A stretch of DNA of 64,000 nt from positions 5,208,001 to 5,272,000 of the forward strand of contig NC_047064.1 of NCBI RefSeq assembly GCF_902459465.1. Reading direction: 5' to 3'. This stretch comes from Asterias rubens. Lineage: Eukaryota. Of the stretch, positions 25,601 to 40,600 are shown piece after piece; the first letter of the stretch is position 1, and every line of letters starts with the position of its first letter. A program made the position numbers and the translations under genes. Under the pieces are notes generated by a model that made no database searches, was not told where the DNA came from, and saw nothing but the letters and a program-made list of their open reading frames with translations.

Positions 25601-28600
25601 TTCGTCTTTGGCCTCAAGGGTTTTTATCTATGTTCCTAAGCGTGTAATTTAATAATTGCCATGCATGCTATACATGATTGATTTGATTTGTATGCTGCGG
25701 GTTTTCCACGAAAAGCAGAAAATGGCATTAAAGCAGCAGTTGAGGGTTCTAAGACTTCATCAGACGTTAACATCTTGCAAGATGGTATCTGCTGATTGTT
25801 TCCACAGCAAATACTAGGCCTCAAAATAACCCACAGCAATTACCCTGTGCTTTTGCTGTGGTGCCCTTTTGCAAAGTTTCAATACAGATTTAAATCTTTC
25901 TCCAGAAGACGATCAGGGCATACGATTTGAAACATCTATTTGAAATTTACGGTTCTTTTTAGAATCGCCCCAACTCAATTAAAGATTGTCATTAAGTTAC
26001 CGCATAACCTCAACAAATTTTCAGCGTATGCAAAGTTTCAAGTCACTACTTAATACGAGTGTCAATATTTCTCATAGAATTGCCTTTTAAGAGGGAAATT
26101 GTAGTGCCCAGTGTTCAAGAGTGAAGTTTAAGGCCCGGATTACAGTATGCTAAGAAGGTACATGTATGAGATGGTTCCAGAATGTGTCTATACTAGTGTA
26201 AACATAGTATCATGAGTCATCTTGTGACATTTCTGCAAAGTTTACATTTTGAACAACATGAGCGTGTACGTGCATGACATGTGTAAGACTAAGAGACTGG
26301 ACTTTGAATACAAATAATAATTTGTCCAATACTCAAATACACAGCTACACTCTGTAGGCCTACTTGCTGTAATGGTGTGAATGTACTCAGGTCATTTTAC
26401 ATATATCAAGTTTTAGACCCTTTTTGTGTGGGTTGTATAAAATGATGATAATAATGAACAAATAAATAAACAATAAAACACTTAGTCCAAAGTCTAAGGC
26501 AGGGTGTAAATAATAATGCCATGCAAGGAGTAAAACTTAATAAAAAAATACAGTGGTTTTGACGTTCAGAATGCCCCGCGATATTAACAAATCCTGCTGA
26601 GAATCCTGATGGAGAAGAGACCCAGGCCTACAAAACATTTTTATGAACTTTCACTTTCATCCCTGATGAACTACATAAAAAAAAAAACCAAGACTAGAAA
26701 GTTGCACCTTTACAAACAAATTACTTTTCTGTGCTCATGCTGAATCCATTTTTATGTATACGCAGACTGCAAAAGAAAAATCGTCTGGAACAGATAATCT
26801 TCTGTCGCGGTTGAGAAGTTCAAATGACTATACAAGATGACAGTTTCTCAGAACTGTTTTTGTTCTGAGGCCAAAAAGGCCAAAATATTTGTAAAGAAAT
26901 GGAAAATAACTTTCATCATGTTCAGCCTGCGGGAGCTTGTGTTGATTACCCTGGGGGGGGGGGGGGGGGGGGGAGCTGAGTGAGTGGGTGTGTGGTATTA
27001 AAATCTAAGCCCTCCATTCTGTGGGTGACTGTGTTTTTTGTGAGTAAATTTCACAAGTGCAAAGGGCTCTTGTGATGCAATACAACTTGTATTGCGTGTG
27101 GCTTCAGCCATTACATTGTACATATGTGGGCTCTAGGAATTGAAGGCAAGGGTTGACACAACAATATTCAAGAATATAGTGTTCATTTCCATTCAAGCAC
27201 CTTTAATAATAACAATAATAATTAACCATTCTTATATAGCGCATAACACATAGAAATCAAACATGTCCCTAAGCGCTCTTGAGAAAAACACAACAGAATA
27301 CAAAGACAAGATGTACTGGGTAACAAACAAAATGGATGAATTAAATGTTAAATAAGTGCGTCTTCAAAGCAATCTTAAACCTAATAATGGAATCAATGTT
27401 TTTTATGTGTTCCGGGAGATTGTTCCATAAGGTTGAGGCAGTGTGAACGAAGCTGCGTTCACCATATGATTTGGTCATCACTGGTGGAATAACAAACAAC
27501 TTGTTCTTATTATAACGAAGATTTCTAGAAGGTGTGTACAATTTACAACCTTTAATTCTGAGACCACACAAAACAGAGAAAATAAAAGGACATCATCAGG
27601 GAATTCTAAAGATTTGGTGCCCCAACAAGGAAATCTGTGTAGGTAACTGTGCAGGAACAACGGACAGAACAAAGGAATGATGTCCACAATGCATCGTTGA
27701 GAATGGGTGAACCATAACGATGGGTGAACACACACCATGCATGGGTGTGTGTTTTCTGTGCATGAGTCCAGTCTCCAGCTCCCTGGATCAAATTGAAGCC
27801 CCATTCTAATGCTATTCAAAAGGAAGCCATTACATTGTACCTTCTCATTTAGGATGGTGCCATGACTTTTTACCATAACAATACCCAACTAAACCAAGGA
27901 TCTATTTTCACTTGGTGGCAAGAAATAGAGCGTGTATGCAAAACTGTGGCTGACCTGCTGAGCTCTCACCCTTTTCATAATAACCCATCCATTCTATACA
28001 GGGGTCAGTTGTGTATGGAGACCTGCTACTATTCACAAAATGCAAAGTGCAGTAATTACTTACTGAGGGAGCGATTTCTTCTAGCAATTTTGCATGTAGC
28101 ACAATTAGCATGAACTTGGTTTGTGCACACTGAATGGCAATGTTGAGTAGTGAATGGTGATTTTTGAAAAGCAATTGACACATTTTGCTCTGCTAAACAA
28201 GGGAAATGTTGCTGCTTACATGTCTTAAAGGCCCTTATTGTGTTATTCATGGCATTAGGGCCTACAATGTACAGTACCTTTAAATGATGATACATTTTTC
28301 GCCATGACATTGACATCATTGAAAGTGTTGTAACTAATGTTTATAGCAAATTGCGCCTCGACTGAGATACAGTACATGCAAATCATTATTCCTCAGAAGA
28401 TTCAGATTATGCATTAGACACTTACAACCTAATTCAAATTCTGAATCTTAATTTTAAATTGATTAATGTATTGGAGAGTAATTTGAGAGCACAGAACTCT
28501 TGGATAGTGTGTGTACATTATGTTCGTCCACGGGGTTCAAATACACATGTACGTGCCATGCTGACACTCCAGCAAGACCGTTGACGCCAAAAGACTACTT

Positions 28601-31600
28601 GCCGAGGGGCTTCAAAGCTACTCAATGAGGTGTTTTCCTAGGCAGGGGGTACTGTCCCTGTCAGTCGCCACTCTTAGGGGACCGTGTAATTGCGGCCGAT
28701 GTTTTTGGAAGTGGGGAAACAAGATTCAATAAATCTATCGTCCATTATATTAAAACGTGTTTCGGTTAAGAGCAATGGTCAATGCGAAGTAAGAAGGGAA
28801 CATTTGACCCTCTTCTTCCGTTCAGGCTGCAGGGCTAAAAAGAACTCATCGAGACTAAGTCGGGCCAGGTGACCGACAGCTTGACGCGTTGACGGGACAG
28901 ATAGTGATATCGTTGTTGGATTGGTATTGACTGCGTTAACCTGAATATCGGTTGGGACCCAGTTTAAGTTAAAGAGTGAAGCAACACAAAAAATTAGATT
29001 TCCAGCTGTAAAAGGTTGGGTCATACTTTGGTTGATTATGACACCAAAAATTATTTAAAGTATTATTTTTTATCTGAAAGCCCACTTTTGATGAAGATTG
29101 TAATGGTAGTAAGCATCTCGCATAATTATTTTTGTCTGAAGTACCCCTCATGATTACAAACCAGTAAAAGTAAATTTGAATCTTCAAAGAACGCCTTATT
29201 GCATCTTATTGCAGCATGTTGCAGTTCCATAAAAGTTCATTTGATTTTTGTAAAAGTGTTAATACTTTGGCAAAATTTAAAATCAAATGAGTTTGTGTAT
29301 ACCTTTTTGAGGTATGGCGGACCCCTTGCACGCGCGTCACACACGGCGACTGATGCCACGCTCACCATGTTGGTGGGCAATAGGTTTACGTGTGAACGCA
29401 GCGTCGCCTAAAATGCGCACTTCACTGAATAACACACACTCTATTTCTATGGTCAATACGCACAAATTTACCCAAACCTTATACTTTAGTGTTGTAGCAT
29501 TGTGTCCGCCATATCTCAAAAAGGCTTATGGGACCGCAACAGTTTTTGTGAGTGCTTTTAAGAATCATTGCCACTGGTACAATTTTATAATACATGTATC
29601 AAGTGATCTTTCAAATCAAATTTCAGTTTGACTCAAACTTAACCAACTACCATACCAGTGTTTGGTATCCATATCTTAACTCTCTATCTGTAAAAACAAC
29701 TAACTTCATTTCCTTTTCCTCCCAACTGGGAGTGCATACTGCATTTTGTAAAAGGTTGTCATCCCACATCCTTGATTCACAGTTACGTACTACTTAGGGC
29801 CTACTTACGTACAGGATGTATCATCCTACATATACAGTACCGGTACATGTACATGTAACATCCATATCTCAAAAAGGAATGTAATATAATCACATAATCG
29901 TCTATAGATGGTATTTGAAAAACCGCAAACGGTGTAAATAGAATACCACACTGGCAGACAGAAGACTCTACAGTTACATACTGTGAACATGTGACATTTA
30001 TTGTGAAACACAGTAAAACACACGCAACTAACGCTGTACGAAGGTCAACGCTCTATAATGACACTTTTAATATGCCATTATATGATAACGATGTACTTGC
30101 TACAAAGTTGATGGAAGTGTCTGCCTTTCGCAATGTTTTCCCTACCAGCGGGTGGGAGGGACACACTGCTATGAAAAGCAACAACCCCTGTGGCAAACTG
30201 TGTTTTACATGTAAGCCATGAGGCAATACAGTTCCTGGAAATATAAGATCATTGCAATGACCTTCAAGGTGTTGTGCAGTGATATTTTGTTAAAGGAGGT
30301 GCACATACTATTTTGAAACACGTACAGTACACCTACATGGACATCTGCAAAAGCAGATCATAATCAATATGAAGCTTTACTCTTCATTAGATTTTCAGTC
30401 ATCACCAGGAACCAATTCCATAGAGCTGTGCTCATTAGCACAAAAAGTAGCAGAGCACAACAAAATTTTCTTACCAAAATAAGGTATTCAGCCAAAATAT
30501 CTTAAATGTTCATCCTGCTCATTTCTGCTAAGCAGACAATTGTTAAGCAATAATTTCTGCTTAAGCAGCACTTAAAGTATGAAATTGTTTCCTGTTGTTA
30601 TTGGCCAACATGAACAATTTGTACACACACTGCAACAGTCACTCTATAATAGGGAGCTCAGCATAAAAATAATAAGTGTGTGCACCTACAATTCCGGCTT
30701 GAGCCACTCATTCACAATGCGACTTAGTTATTCTCTCCCATTCCTTTGATCAATTAATGTTGTTGGGTGTGCAGACTGCGTAATGAGAGCCAACATTAAA
30801 AGGGGGCCACAGGGCCGTGGTGCAGGGGCCCAACAAGATATGGCAGGTATTGTATCCAGGAGCACCTGCATGTTTTCATCCCATTTGAGGATATTACAAT
30901 GTATGCAGTAACCGTATCTGAATCATAATGTTACTCTGCCTGTTCCCTCGTCATCCTGTGCAATAGCCCTTTTTAGCTATGGGGGACATTATAATGGCCG
31001 GTTCATACTCCCTGCGACTGCGTGCGTGCACTGACAATTCAAATTATGGTTACGCAATGCAATGGTTTGGGTTTATTTGGACAACTTTACCCAAACAAAT
31101 AGTGCCCTATTAGTATTATAGTAGGCCTACGTGTCCACCATTACTTAAAAATGGCTGACATGTTACGTATGATTACACTCTGCACTTCTGTTTATGCACT
31201 GCAGACTGCAGAGAAATGGGTTCACGCACTGCATATATACTCAGTGAAAATGCAACGAGAGTATACTGGTTTGAGTTTATTCAGACAAATTTAACCAAAC
31301 AAATAGTGTCCATCTACCTCAAAATGGCTTATTGCAAATCCAGCCATGGATGGAAGCCTCATACATAAATGGATTTGGTTTTCTTCTTTGTCCCCGTGGG
31401 GCTCCTCACCTCAGTGAGGAACTTTCTCCAGATTGAGGGGAATTGAAAGAATTGCTTCGGTCACCTCCCGTGATGTATCAACCCTGAAAGGAGAGGATAA
31501 TTAGTTATCACCTGTGGCCTCCAAGAAAAAAACACATCTGAAGACGTTTTCAATCTTATGCATAAATACTAAGTGCACCTGTGTACATACCTAGGGTACA

Positions 31601-34600
31601 TAATTAGCCGAACATACATAAGTGCTACTCTTCACACATCGGTTGCCTTCATTACATAATCATGTCCAGGCTTGTACATGGTCAATGGCTTTCTCTAATG
31701 GTCAATGATATGCCGGAATTGACAGCTTTATTATTTGCATATGTCCGCAAAGCATGCAAGGCCCTGCTCATTATCATCCATATTTAAAGTAGTCCAAACT
31801 TAAAGGCACTATTGGTAATTAATCAAAAATAATTATTTGCATAAATAGTTACTTGGTAATGAGCAATGGAGAGCTGGTGAGAGGAACGACTCCCTTTGAA
31901 GTAACAACGTTTTTGAGAAAGAGGTAATTTCTTTAAAAGGCTTCAGGCCTGAGGTTTTTATTGAGCATCTGAAGGCACACAAATTTGTGTTGTTTTCTTT
32001 CATTATTATCTCGCAACTTCGACAACCAATTGAGCTCAAATGTTCATAGATTTGTTATTTTATGCACATGTTGAGATACACCGAGTGAGCAGACTGGTCT
32101 TTGACAAATACCAAAGGTGTCCAGTGTCTTTAAGTAGCCCACTCTTAATACATGTATCATCATCTGTTAATTCAATTTGCAATGTACACTGCAGGTGCAT
32201 AATGAATGGATTTAAAACAATGCATGGTCAAACCATGGTCAAACTCAATTTTCTTTTTAAATACAGGGTTCTAAACTTACATTTGGCTTCAGGCTCGAGG
32301 CCAGTCATTTTAGCATCAGGCCGTTCAACTCATGACTGGACAAGTCTGAAAGGGGTCTTCTGTTTTTCAATTCAATTATTAGCGACATTCAAATATCGAC
32401 ACCGAGTTTGATAAAATAATATAGTTTTGAATTTTTGAAGTGCATACTCAACCAGAAGTTGAATGAAGTGTACAAATAAAGATAGTTTACTGCATTGTTA
32501 AGGGCTGGGTATTCAGTTTCCAATTACTCAAAAAATTAACCATCAAATTCTGCTAAGAAGCACTGTAGCTTTTGACAATGTACTTCAGGCCTTCAAGTAG
32601 AAATGTGGTTTAAGAGACAGGGATTAATAAGAAATTTCAATCTGAGAATGACCATTCATGCATAAAACATCTCTCAGACTGTGTATTCCAACTAGGGATT
32701 ATTCCTCCTTCGTAGACATAATCTTATAAAGTGAAAATGTTAAACTAAGTGCCCCCCCCCCCCCCCCGTCCCGGCAGGTTGAACCATACAGTGTGTAAAA
32801 AAGCTTTGCAGTTTGGACTTCACCCTGTAGATCTATAAGAAGAAAAACGCACAGACAGCACTGTAAACCACAATATTTGAACTTGCTACATATGTGAACA
32901 AAAAAGAGAGGAAATTCTCTCACAGAAATTAGCCTATTTTTAAAATGAAGCATGTTGCAAGTCTGTCACACCATAGAGCAAGATTGTCACACCACATAGT
33001 GTATATGTCAAGAATGTTAATGTCATAGCCAATCTTTAAACCAGGTTCCAACTGAATTCTAGAATGTTAGCACGGGATTGCTTGTTAAAGCTAAAAAGTA
33101 AGCTTTTAATAAGCTTTAAGTCCCATTCGAAGGACGTAAGATATTAATTTTAAGTGTCTTGCCATAGGACACAGGTGTAAAGACCTGGATTCGAACCTAT
33201 AGGGACACTCTGCTGATCAGAAACACCCGAGTTTTGGCCTGTACACTGCTTCGTTTTTGAAAGGGCAAGGGCACCAAGGCATTTTCTGCTTGGTAAAGGG
33301 CACATCCTATGAGGAATGGTAATTTTTTACTGGAACATTTCACGGGCACCAAGGCATGGAGGCAATCCTCTTCGTTGCCGCTGTGAAGTATCAGACCTGT
33401 ATTCCTACAAAGGACAGATGGCAAATATTATGCCCTTATTTTTTTTTATTATCTAGCGATGCACAATGTGTACTGTCAGGTTGGAAGTTCTCCAGGTGTG
33501 GTTTAATCCATCAATGGGAGACACGTTTAGTTCTAGAGTCTTTGTTCTCCGACCTTCGCATGTGATGAATCATGACAGATTCACTGTGACACCCCTATGC
33601 CTGCTTTTGCACTCTGATGGCCACATTTCCAAGAATAACACTGCTCTGCTCAATGCCATATGTTAAACTGATAAATTTTAAATCATACAAATTGGCTCCA
33701 GTTACAAACACATGATTATATGGGAGAAATTTTAGTTGGAGGGATCAGTTGAAGGTTGAAAAAAAACATCTGCTTCTTGATGAGGAGTAGAGTGGAAATC
33801 AGTACAAGTTGGTAATTGCCAATGGTTTAGTTTGTATTAGTTTTTAGTTTTTATGCAATATTTTCTGAAAGTAAGGATAAATAGGGGATATTTTTAGCCC
33901 ATGTCCCAATTTCTTAAAGCTGTTTACTGGTGTTAAGCTTAGTTGCTGCTTACTTTAGCGTAAAAATAATGTGCCAAAAAGTTTATTTGATACAATTTAG
34001 AATGTTTGACTGGGCAGGTGCACATGTATCTTGTCTAATCATTGCATCATTTCAAGAAGTAAGTGAATTGTTGTTTTCCTTGAATGTTGCATCATCATTA
34101 GTCCGGAAAACTTCACGATGATGCCCTGCATTGTCACTATCGTCGAGCTGAATTCCCCTCCAATGAATTCCCCAAAACTATTTACAGTATGTAGCTAGGA
34201 TTGAGCGTTCTTAGCAGGTGTAGTGTAGTGCACTTGTGAAAAAAAAATGGGCTTCTTGGTAAATGTTCTAGATGCCAGTATGTATGTCATTCTGGAGGTA
34301 GGTAGGTTTTTAAAGCATGTTGAACAGTTGAATTGTTGAATAACAATCAGACACATAGGCATAACAAAGCCTTTGAATGAAACCCATTGGAAGTGAAATC
34401 CTTGGTTCTGCCAAAGGTGTTTGTGGCAAACAAATCTGATAGTCTTATATGAAACAAAGTTTTGTTTTTTAGCTCTTTTTGAAAAAAAAAAGAACTCTTG
34501 TATTTTCTGAAAGTAACATTTTATGTACCTGCAGTGAGTGTCTTTTACCCTGCTCCCACCAAAAAGTTTGTCAGGTACATGTCGGGTACAGGCTAAACAG

Positions 34601-37600
34601 GAAGGTTTTAAATTAATAAATTTGGTAAACTTGGTAAATTTCATTATTTTTTTCCAAGAAAATTTAGAGACAATGTATAAAAACAATAATGACTCTTTCA
34701 TCAGTAGCGCATTTCACAATAACATCTCAATGTCTTTTTTACAGCGTTGAATTTTGCACACAGTCAGCGCATGATTGTCATGGTAGGAAAAAATGGCTAC
34801 GGGCTACAAATGTATCTCAGATCATATACCTGAGATTAAAGGAACACGTTGCCTTGGATCGGACGAGTTGGTCTATAAAAAAGCGTTTGTAACTGTTTTT
34901 TATAAAATGCATATGGTTGGAAAGATGTTTTAAAAGTAGAATACAATTATCAACACAAATTTGCCTCAAAATTGCGTGCTTTTCCTTTTACTGTGCGAAC
35001 TAACAAGGTCGGCCATAAATGGCAGAGAGTCAAAAATTTGACTCCCATAAATGGCCGACCGTGTTAGTCAACGAGGTAAAAGGAAAACCGTGCAATTTCG
35101 AGGCATGTTTGTGTGGATCATTGTATTCTACGCATATGCATTTTATAAAAAACAGATACAAACGCTTTTCAACGACTAACTCGACCGATCAAAATGACAT
35201 AATATCTGCAATGGCTAGACCCGAAGATCAGTCTTGTGACATACTCTGACTGAGTGGCAATATCCATCCCATCACCCATTTGGGTAGTGGGTTGTCTCTG
35301 TTCAGTATTTGACCCAGAGTTGATGGGTGACTGGCACAATATCCGTAGAATTGTGGTTTTTTAAAGTCAAACCACACACCTAAAAAACAAAACAGGAAAA
35401 AAACCCACGATTATTTATAGCCCTAATCAGCAGTTTGAAAACCTCTGGCCTGGTTTTCAGCTGGATGGTTGTAATCATCATTAGTCATTGCAGAAATTGT
35501 TCTGCTGCATTCAAGAAATTACTTCGGAGGTTGGAGTCAGTTCAGATGTTTTAAGCGTTTGACTGTGAAACGAACCCCTCGGCTAGACAACCCCCTGGGA
35601 AGTGCCACGTTTTTGGGGGGGGGGGGGGAGCCATCACTTTCTTGGAAGATTTCTTGGAAGAAGTCAACTCCAGTGGCAAGGGTCCCCTGTAACTTAATAA
35701 GGCTGTTGATTTGAGATTTCTACTGCCTGTGTCACTGCTGGTTTGTGAAGACTATGGTATTGGTCATCTTCCATCGTCACCTCTTATCATAAAAATTGCT
35801 GGCTTAAAAACATGACAGAGAAATGATTTACTACAAATAACGAAAACATACTTGTGCATAAATAATCAATTCCCCCACCACCCCAGAAAATAAATAAGAA
35901 TAAAAAAATCAATCAGTCAAACAATCAATCAAAATTTATTTATAGAGCGTCACAAGTTTTCTCTCAGGCTCTGAGGTAACATAAAATATAATTGGAAACT
36001 TTTGGGGCAGCCTTACCAGGTTAATACACCTTGGAATGGGCTCATAACTACATTGTACATAGTACGTTAACATTAACAATTGAAATAGTCTTCAGTCTAT
36101 AACAATTTGTTTTTTACCCTTACACTGATGTGTATTAAGCGCTGTACAGTATACTCAATAGTTTCCAGAGTTCTGTGAACAAACATTCCACAGGAAAATC
36201 ACTGGGGTGGGATTCGAATCAACAAGCTTTGCATGCCTAGTCTGTTGCCACCTAGCATTCCAATCAATCCTGTGTGTTCTTTTTACAACATAAAATCAAT
36301 CTTCTATTGATAGTTTGGTCAATAATTTATTAAAGATGAAAGTCTGAGTTTTAAGCAAATTGGCCCAAACACTTTTATTTAAATTTTAAATAGCTGTTTT
36401 GACAGATTCAAAATGTTGCCTTTGTTAAAAGGTAATGCACAAACAAATCTGCCAGTGATAAGTGGTAGCTAATGCTTATTATATTGGCATAACACATTTA
36501 TTTACCCTGTAGTTTGTTTGGAACAACACTGCCACTATCTCACCACAAGCTTTAGGAGTAACTAGTTACAGTCAGTGTATTTCTTTGAATTGCAAAAGTT
36601 GGTGGGTGGCGGGTGGGCCACCAACTTGGTAACACTTTCACTTTCAGGGTTTTCTTTTCTTCATGATACATGTATCACTTTTACCCCTAAAACTTGAAAT
36701 AAAAGGCAGGACCTGCCTTTATCTTTTTACGGGGAAAAATATCTTGATTTGTTTTTATCATTACTCATCCAGCCGGAAACCACCACGCTCAAAAACCTGT
36801 CAGTTTGTTAGGATGAAAGTATAAATTATTATGACCGAGCCTAAACTGGAAGTTGCTAGTGGTATTGAGTGTGGAAATACTCAAGGTTTGACCTGTCCAC
36901 GAACCTATCTCGGTGGTTAGGAATTTTACTTGATATACCCTCCGGCTGAAACCATCTTCCTTTGAAAAAGGTGCAGAAAACATGTCAACAGCTGTACATA
37001 GTATGGTTGACAAATTTCACAATATTGTAGTTTGCATTTTAAGACTACACGTAACAGCATGTTATTTAAACTAAAAGTTGGCGTTAAAAGGCAAAAGTAA
37101 TCAAATTTCAGCATTTGTGTTTTTAGAGTGAAAACAATGACAAATGTGCACAGTAAAAGAGAGGGATGGCGGGGGGGGGGGGGGGGGGTCAGTAGAGGTG
37201 TGCACAATGGAGTTGCATATCGATGGGGCGTACTTGATTTGTTTTAGGGGAAAATTGTGTGCAATATCCACAATATCCAAAATCGAACACTGCCAATGAT
37301 TATTTCTGGTACTGAACGGTCTGCTTTATTTACCCATTTTTGATAAATGCATTTTGAAATTAAGTTTAATACCTTGAGTAAATTTGTAATTCTTTCAATT
37401 CTTTTTTTATACTTAGCCTCATGAACTGTACTAATTGGTGCAGAAACTGCGGACACAGACAGCTAACAGAACTCCAACAAGATTTGGATGATTGTAAATT
37501 CTTCCGCGATTCCACTGATTACAGATGTAAGTGTTCGAAGTTGGTAAATTTCAAGGTTTTTTTTCTGCAGATGTTTTTTCTTGAAAGTGGAGAAATTCTT

Positions 37601-40600
37601 TTATTGTCATCTTATCTTGGGGTTTACCTTTACAGAGATTATTTAAAGACACCACCCTACTTACGACCAAACCTTCAACTTGTAAAGATACAGGGAGTAT
37701 ATGCAAACCTGTAAAATGAAACATCTTTTAACGGGAAATTACACCTTTGGTTTTTGGAATCACTAAATTGATTAATCCTACACAAATATAGATTTATACT
37801 GAAAAACTTACCTGTGCAAATTTTATTTCAAAAGGAGGCCGTGTTTTAAAGACATCCCCTGAAAAAGTGCATCTTAGATAAAAATCTTGGGGAATAAAAA
37901 CTGATATATATTTCCATACTCACATTACTTTAAAGTGGCGTGATTCTCAAAATGCTTTATGCTTAAAATATTACCTGCTGATGTGCTGTAGTTTTTGAGT
38001 AATGAGTAAAACAATTGACAGATTTACACAACTCTCTTGAAACATCGCTCTGATTTAAAAACAAAAAATTTTCTCAAAAACTTGACGACTATAGAGTTTA
38101 AAACTCCTACAGGTAAATTATATTACATACATCTTCATTCACAGTGAGCATAAATTCTTTCAAAAAAATTGTCAACAAGTTGATTTCCAAAAGGTATAAA
38201 AACCCTTGAACTACAGCTTTGTTATCTCTCCCCTTATTCAGATGCCACTAATTGTCCGCAGCTTTGTTATCTCTCCCCTTATTCAGATGCCACTAATTGT
38301 CCGCAGCTTTGTTATCTCTCCCCTTATTCAGATGCCACTAATTGTCCGCCTGGGGTGGGTAAAGGTCTAACCAAGGTGTGTATGTGTAAAGAATCAAATG
38401 GTGCATGCTGGAGCTGCAATCCTTCCAACACCACTAGCGAGTTATTGTGCCTCTCTCAAGAACGAGGAGAGCCTGAAATACAGATCAGTCTGCCAAATTC
38501 AAGACAGTTACAACCCTTGTCGCTGACATGTCCAAGTTGCTTGTGCTCAACGTAAGTTGCGTCTTTGTGTCTTCTTATGATTGTTTCGTGCATGTTTGCT
38601 TCTATTATTAATCGTTGCGGTACCCGCTGCCAAACATAGGATTCCAACTGCCTTAAGCTAATGGGCAATCTCAGGAGTCTAGTTGGTAAGACACTGCTCT
38701 AGAATTACAAGGGTCATGGGTTTGAATCCTACCTGAGTAATATGCCTGTGATATTTTTTCACAGGACTCGGGAAAGTACTGAGTATACAGTGCTTACACA
38801 CATTGGTGTATGGGTTAAAACCAAAATTAATATTCTTTATCCCCGATGCAAATTTAACATTATTATACATGTTAGCTTTGTTTTTGAGAAGTATCAGGCC
38901 TGATGTTTAAATTGCATTTAATGGTAAAGTCCATACATGTAGATTGGTTTTTGTTCAACCAAAGTGCAGTTAAAGACACATGTGAATGTTTCAGCTGAAA
39001 CGGTGTCTACCCACTGACTGGAATGAATGTATTCACTGCTACATCTAGGGTTAAATCCATTATCCCCTCCTTCTTTTTCAGCAATGCCCCAACAACTCGG
39101 CCAACCACACCACGTATGTTGATGCCCACCGTTTACCATAACGATGACAAGGTTGACCCAAGGCCGACGCAAAAAAGTATGACAACAGTCGCAGGTATAC
39201 GCATGTGTTGTTAGAATACATGTATCGTAATGATTCTTTAGGACTGAACAAGCGAGCCCTTTCAGTTAGGATTTTTATTTTTAAAGGCAGTGGACACTAT
39301 TGGTAATTGTCAAAGACTAGCCTTCACAGTTGGTGTATCTCAACATATGCATAAAATAACAAACCTGTGAAAATTTGAGCTCAATCGGTCATCGAACTTG
39401 CGAGATAATAATGAAAGAAAAAAACACCCTTGTCACACGAAGTTGTGTGCGTTTAGATCTTTGATTTCGAGACCTCAAGTTCTAAATCTGAGGTCTCAAA
39501 ATCAAATTTGTGGAAAATTACTTCTTTCTCAAAAACTATGGCACTTCAGAGGGAGCCGTTTCTCACAATATTTTATACCGTCATCCTCTCTCCATTACTT
39601 GTTACAAAGTAATGTTTTATGCTAATAATTATTTTGAGCAATTACCAGTAGTGTCCACTGCCTTTAAAGTCATGTATTAAGATCATGTTGAAAACAAACA
39701 TCACGACTCACTACACTTTTGAGTTGAGTTGAAAAACAAGTATTTTGTGAACATTCATGTACATGTGTGACCACTATTCAGTTTGTTTTGTCTTTCACAT
39801 AAAAATATTAGAAAAGCTTGTTCCTTTTTAAAATCACCTTGAAACTGTAGTTCCATGTTAAAGTCGTAAGTGCACCAGACTCGAGCCTTGGTGTTTCTGA
39901 TCAGCAGAGTGTTGGTTCTGTGTTCTTAAGCATTGCTTCGTCCTGTTTTGTGTTGTGTAATGCACACAGAAAAACCCAGGTACTTTTAAAAACTTAAGAG
40001 AAGGGGTTTGCCACCATGCTTCTGGCAGAGTCTGCCGAGTGCGCCACCGCACCTTAAGACGCCACTATTATTATTCCAAAAAAGACAAAATGTGATTATT
40101 TTTTGGGGGGTATCGTCCAACTCACCAGGCCAGAAGGCCACCTCAAGGTGAGGGCTTCCCTTAACTGATTTGGGCTATCGAACCATATCAACTGCCACTT
40201 GTGTCCAGGAGCACGTGGCTACTTACTCCTTGGGCTGAAACGGGGTTACTCCCTTCAAAGTTCGTAAGGATGGGTATCATCCTTAAAAAGCCAGTCTGGT
40301 TTAGCAGAGTACACTACCTTGCCGACTTTTTCCAAAGCAATTATAGTTAAGTGCCTTGCTCAAGGGAACAAGTGTCCCGACTGGGACCCAAACCCACACT
40401 CCGCTGCTGACAGCACCTGAGCTTGGGTCCCTGAGCCACGACATGCTGGACATGCTGCCCCCATTTTGGTCCTTTTAAATTGATTTGTTTTGGTTTACTA
40501 TTTTGTACCCACCAGGCAGAGGACAACCCAACGAGGTTATCATCATAGCAGTGGCTACAGGAGGGGGAGTGCTTGCCATTGTGTTATTTATCGGCTGTCT

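Noticed and set aside
34195-34701. 168-aa minus-strand ORF
   Set aside because: AT-rich, K/F-biased, non-ATG-supported, with no splice or domain evidence; likely a chance ORF.
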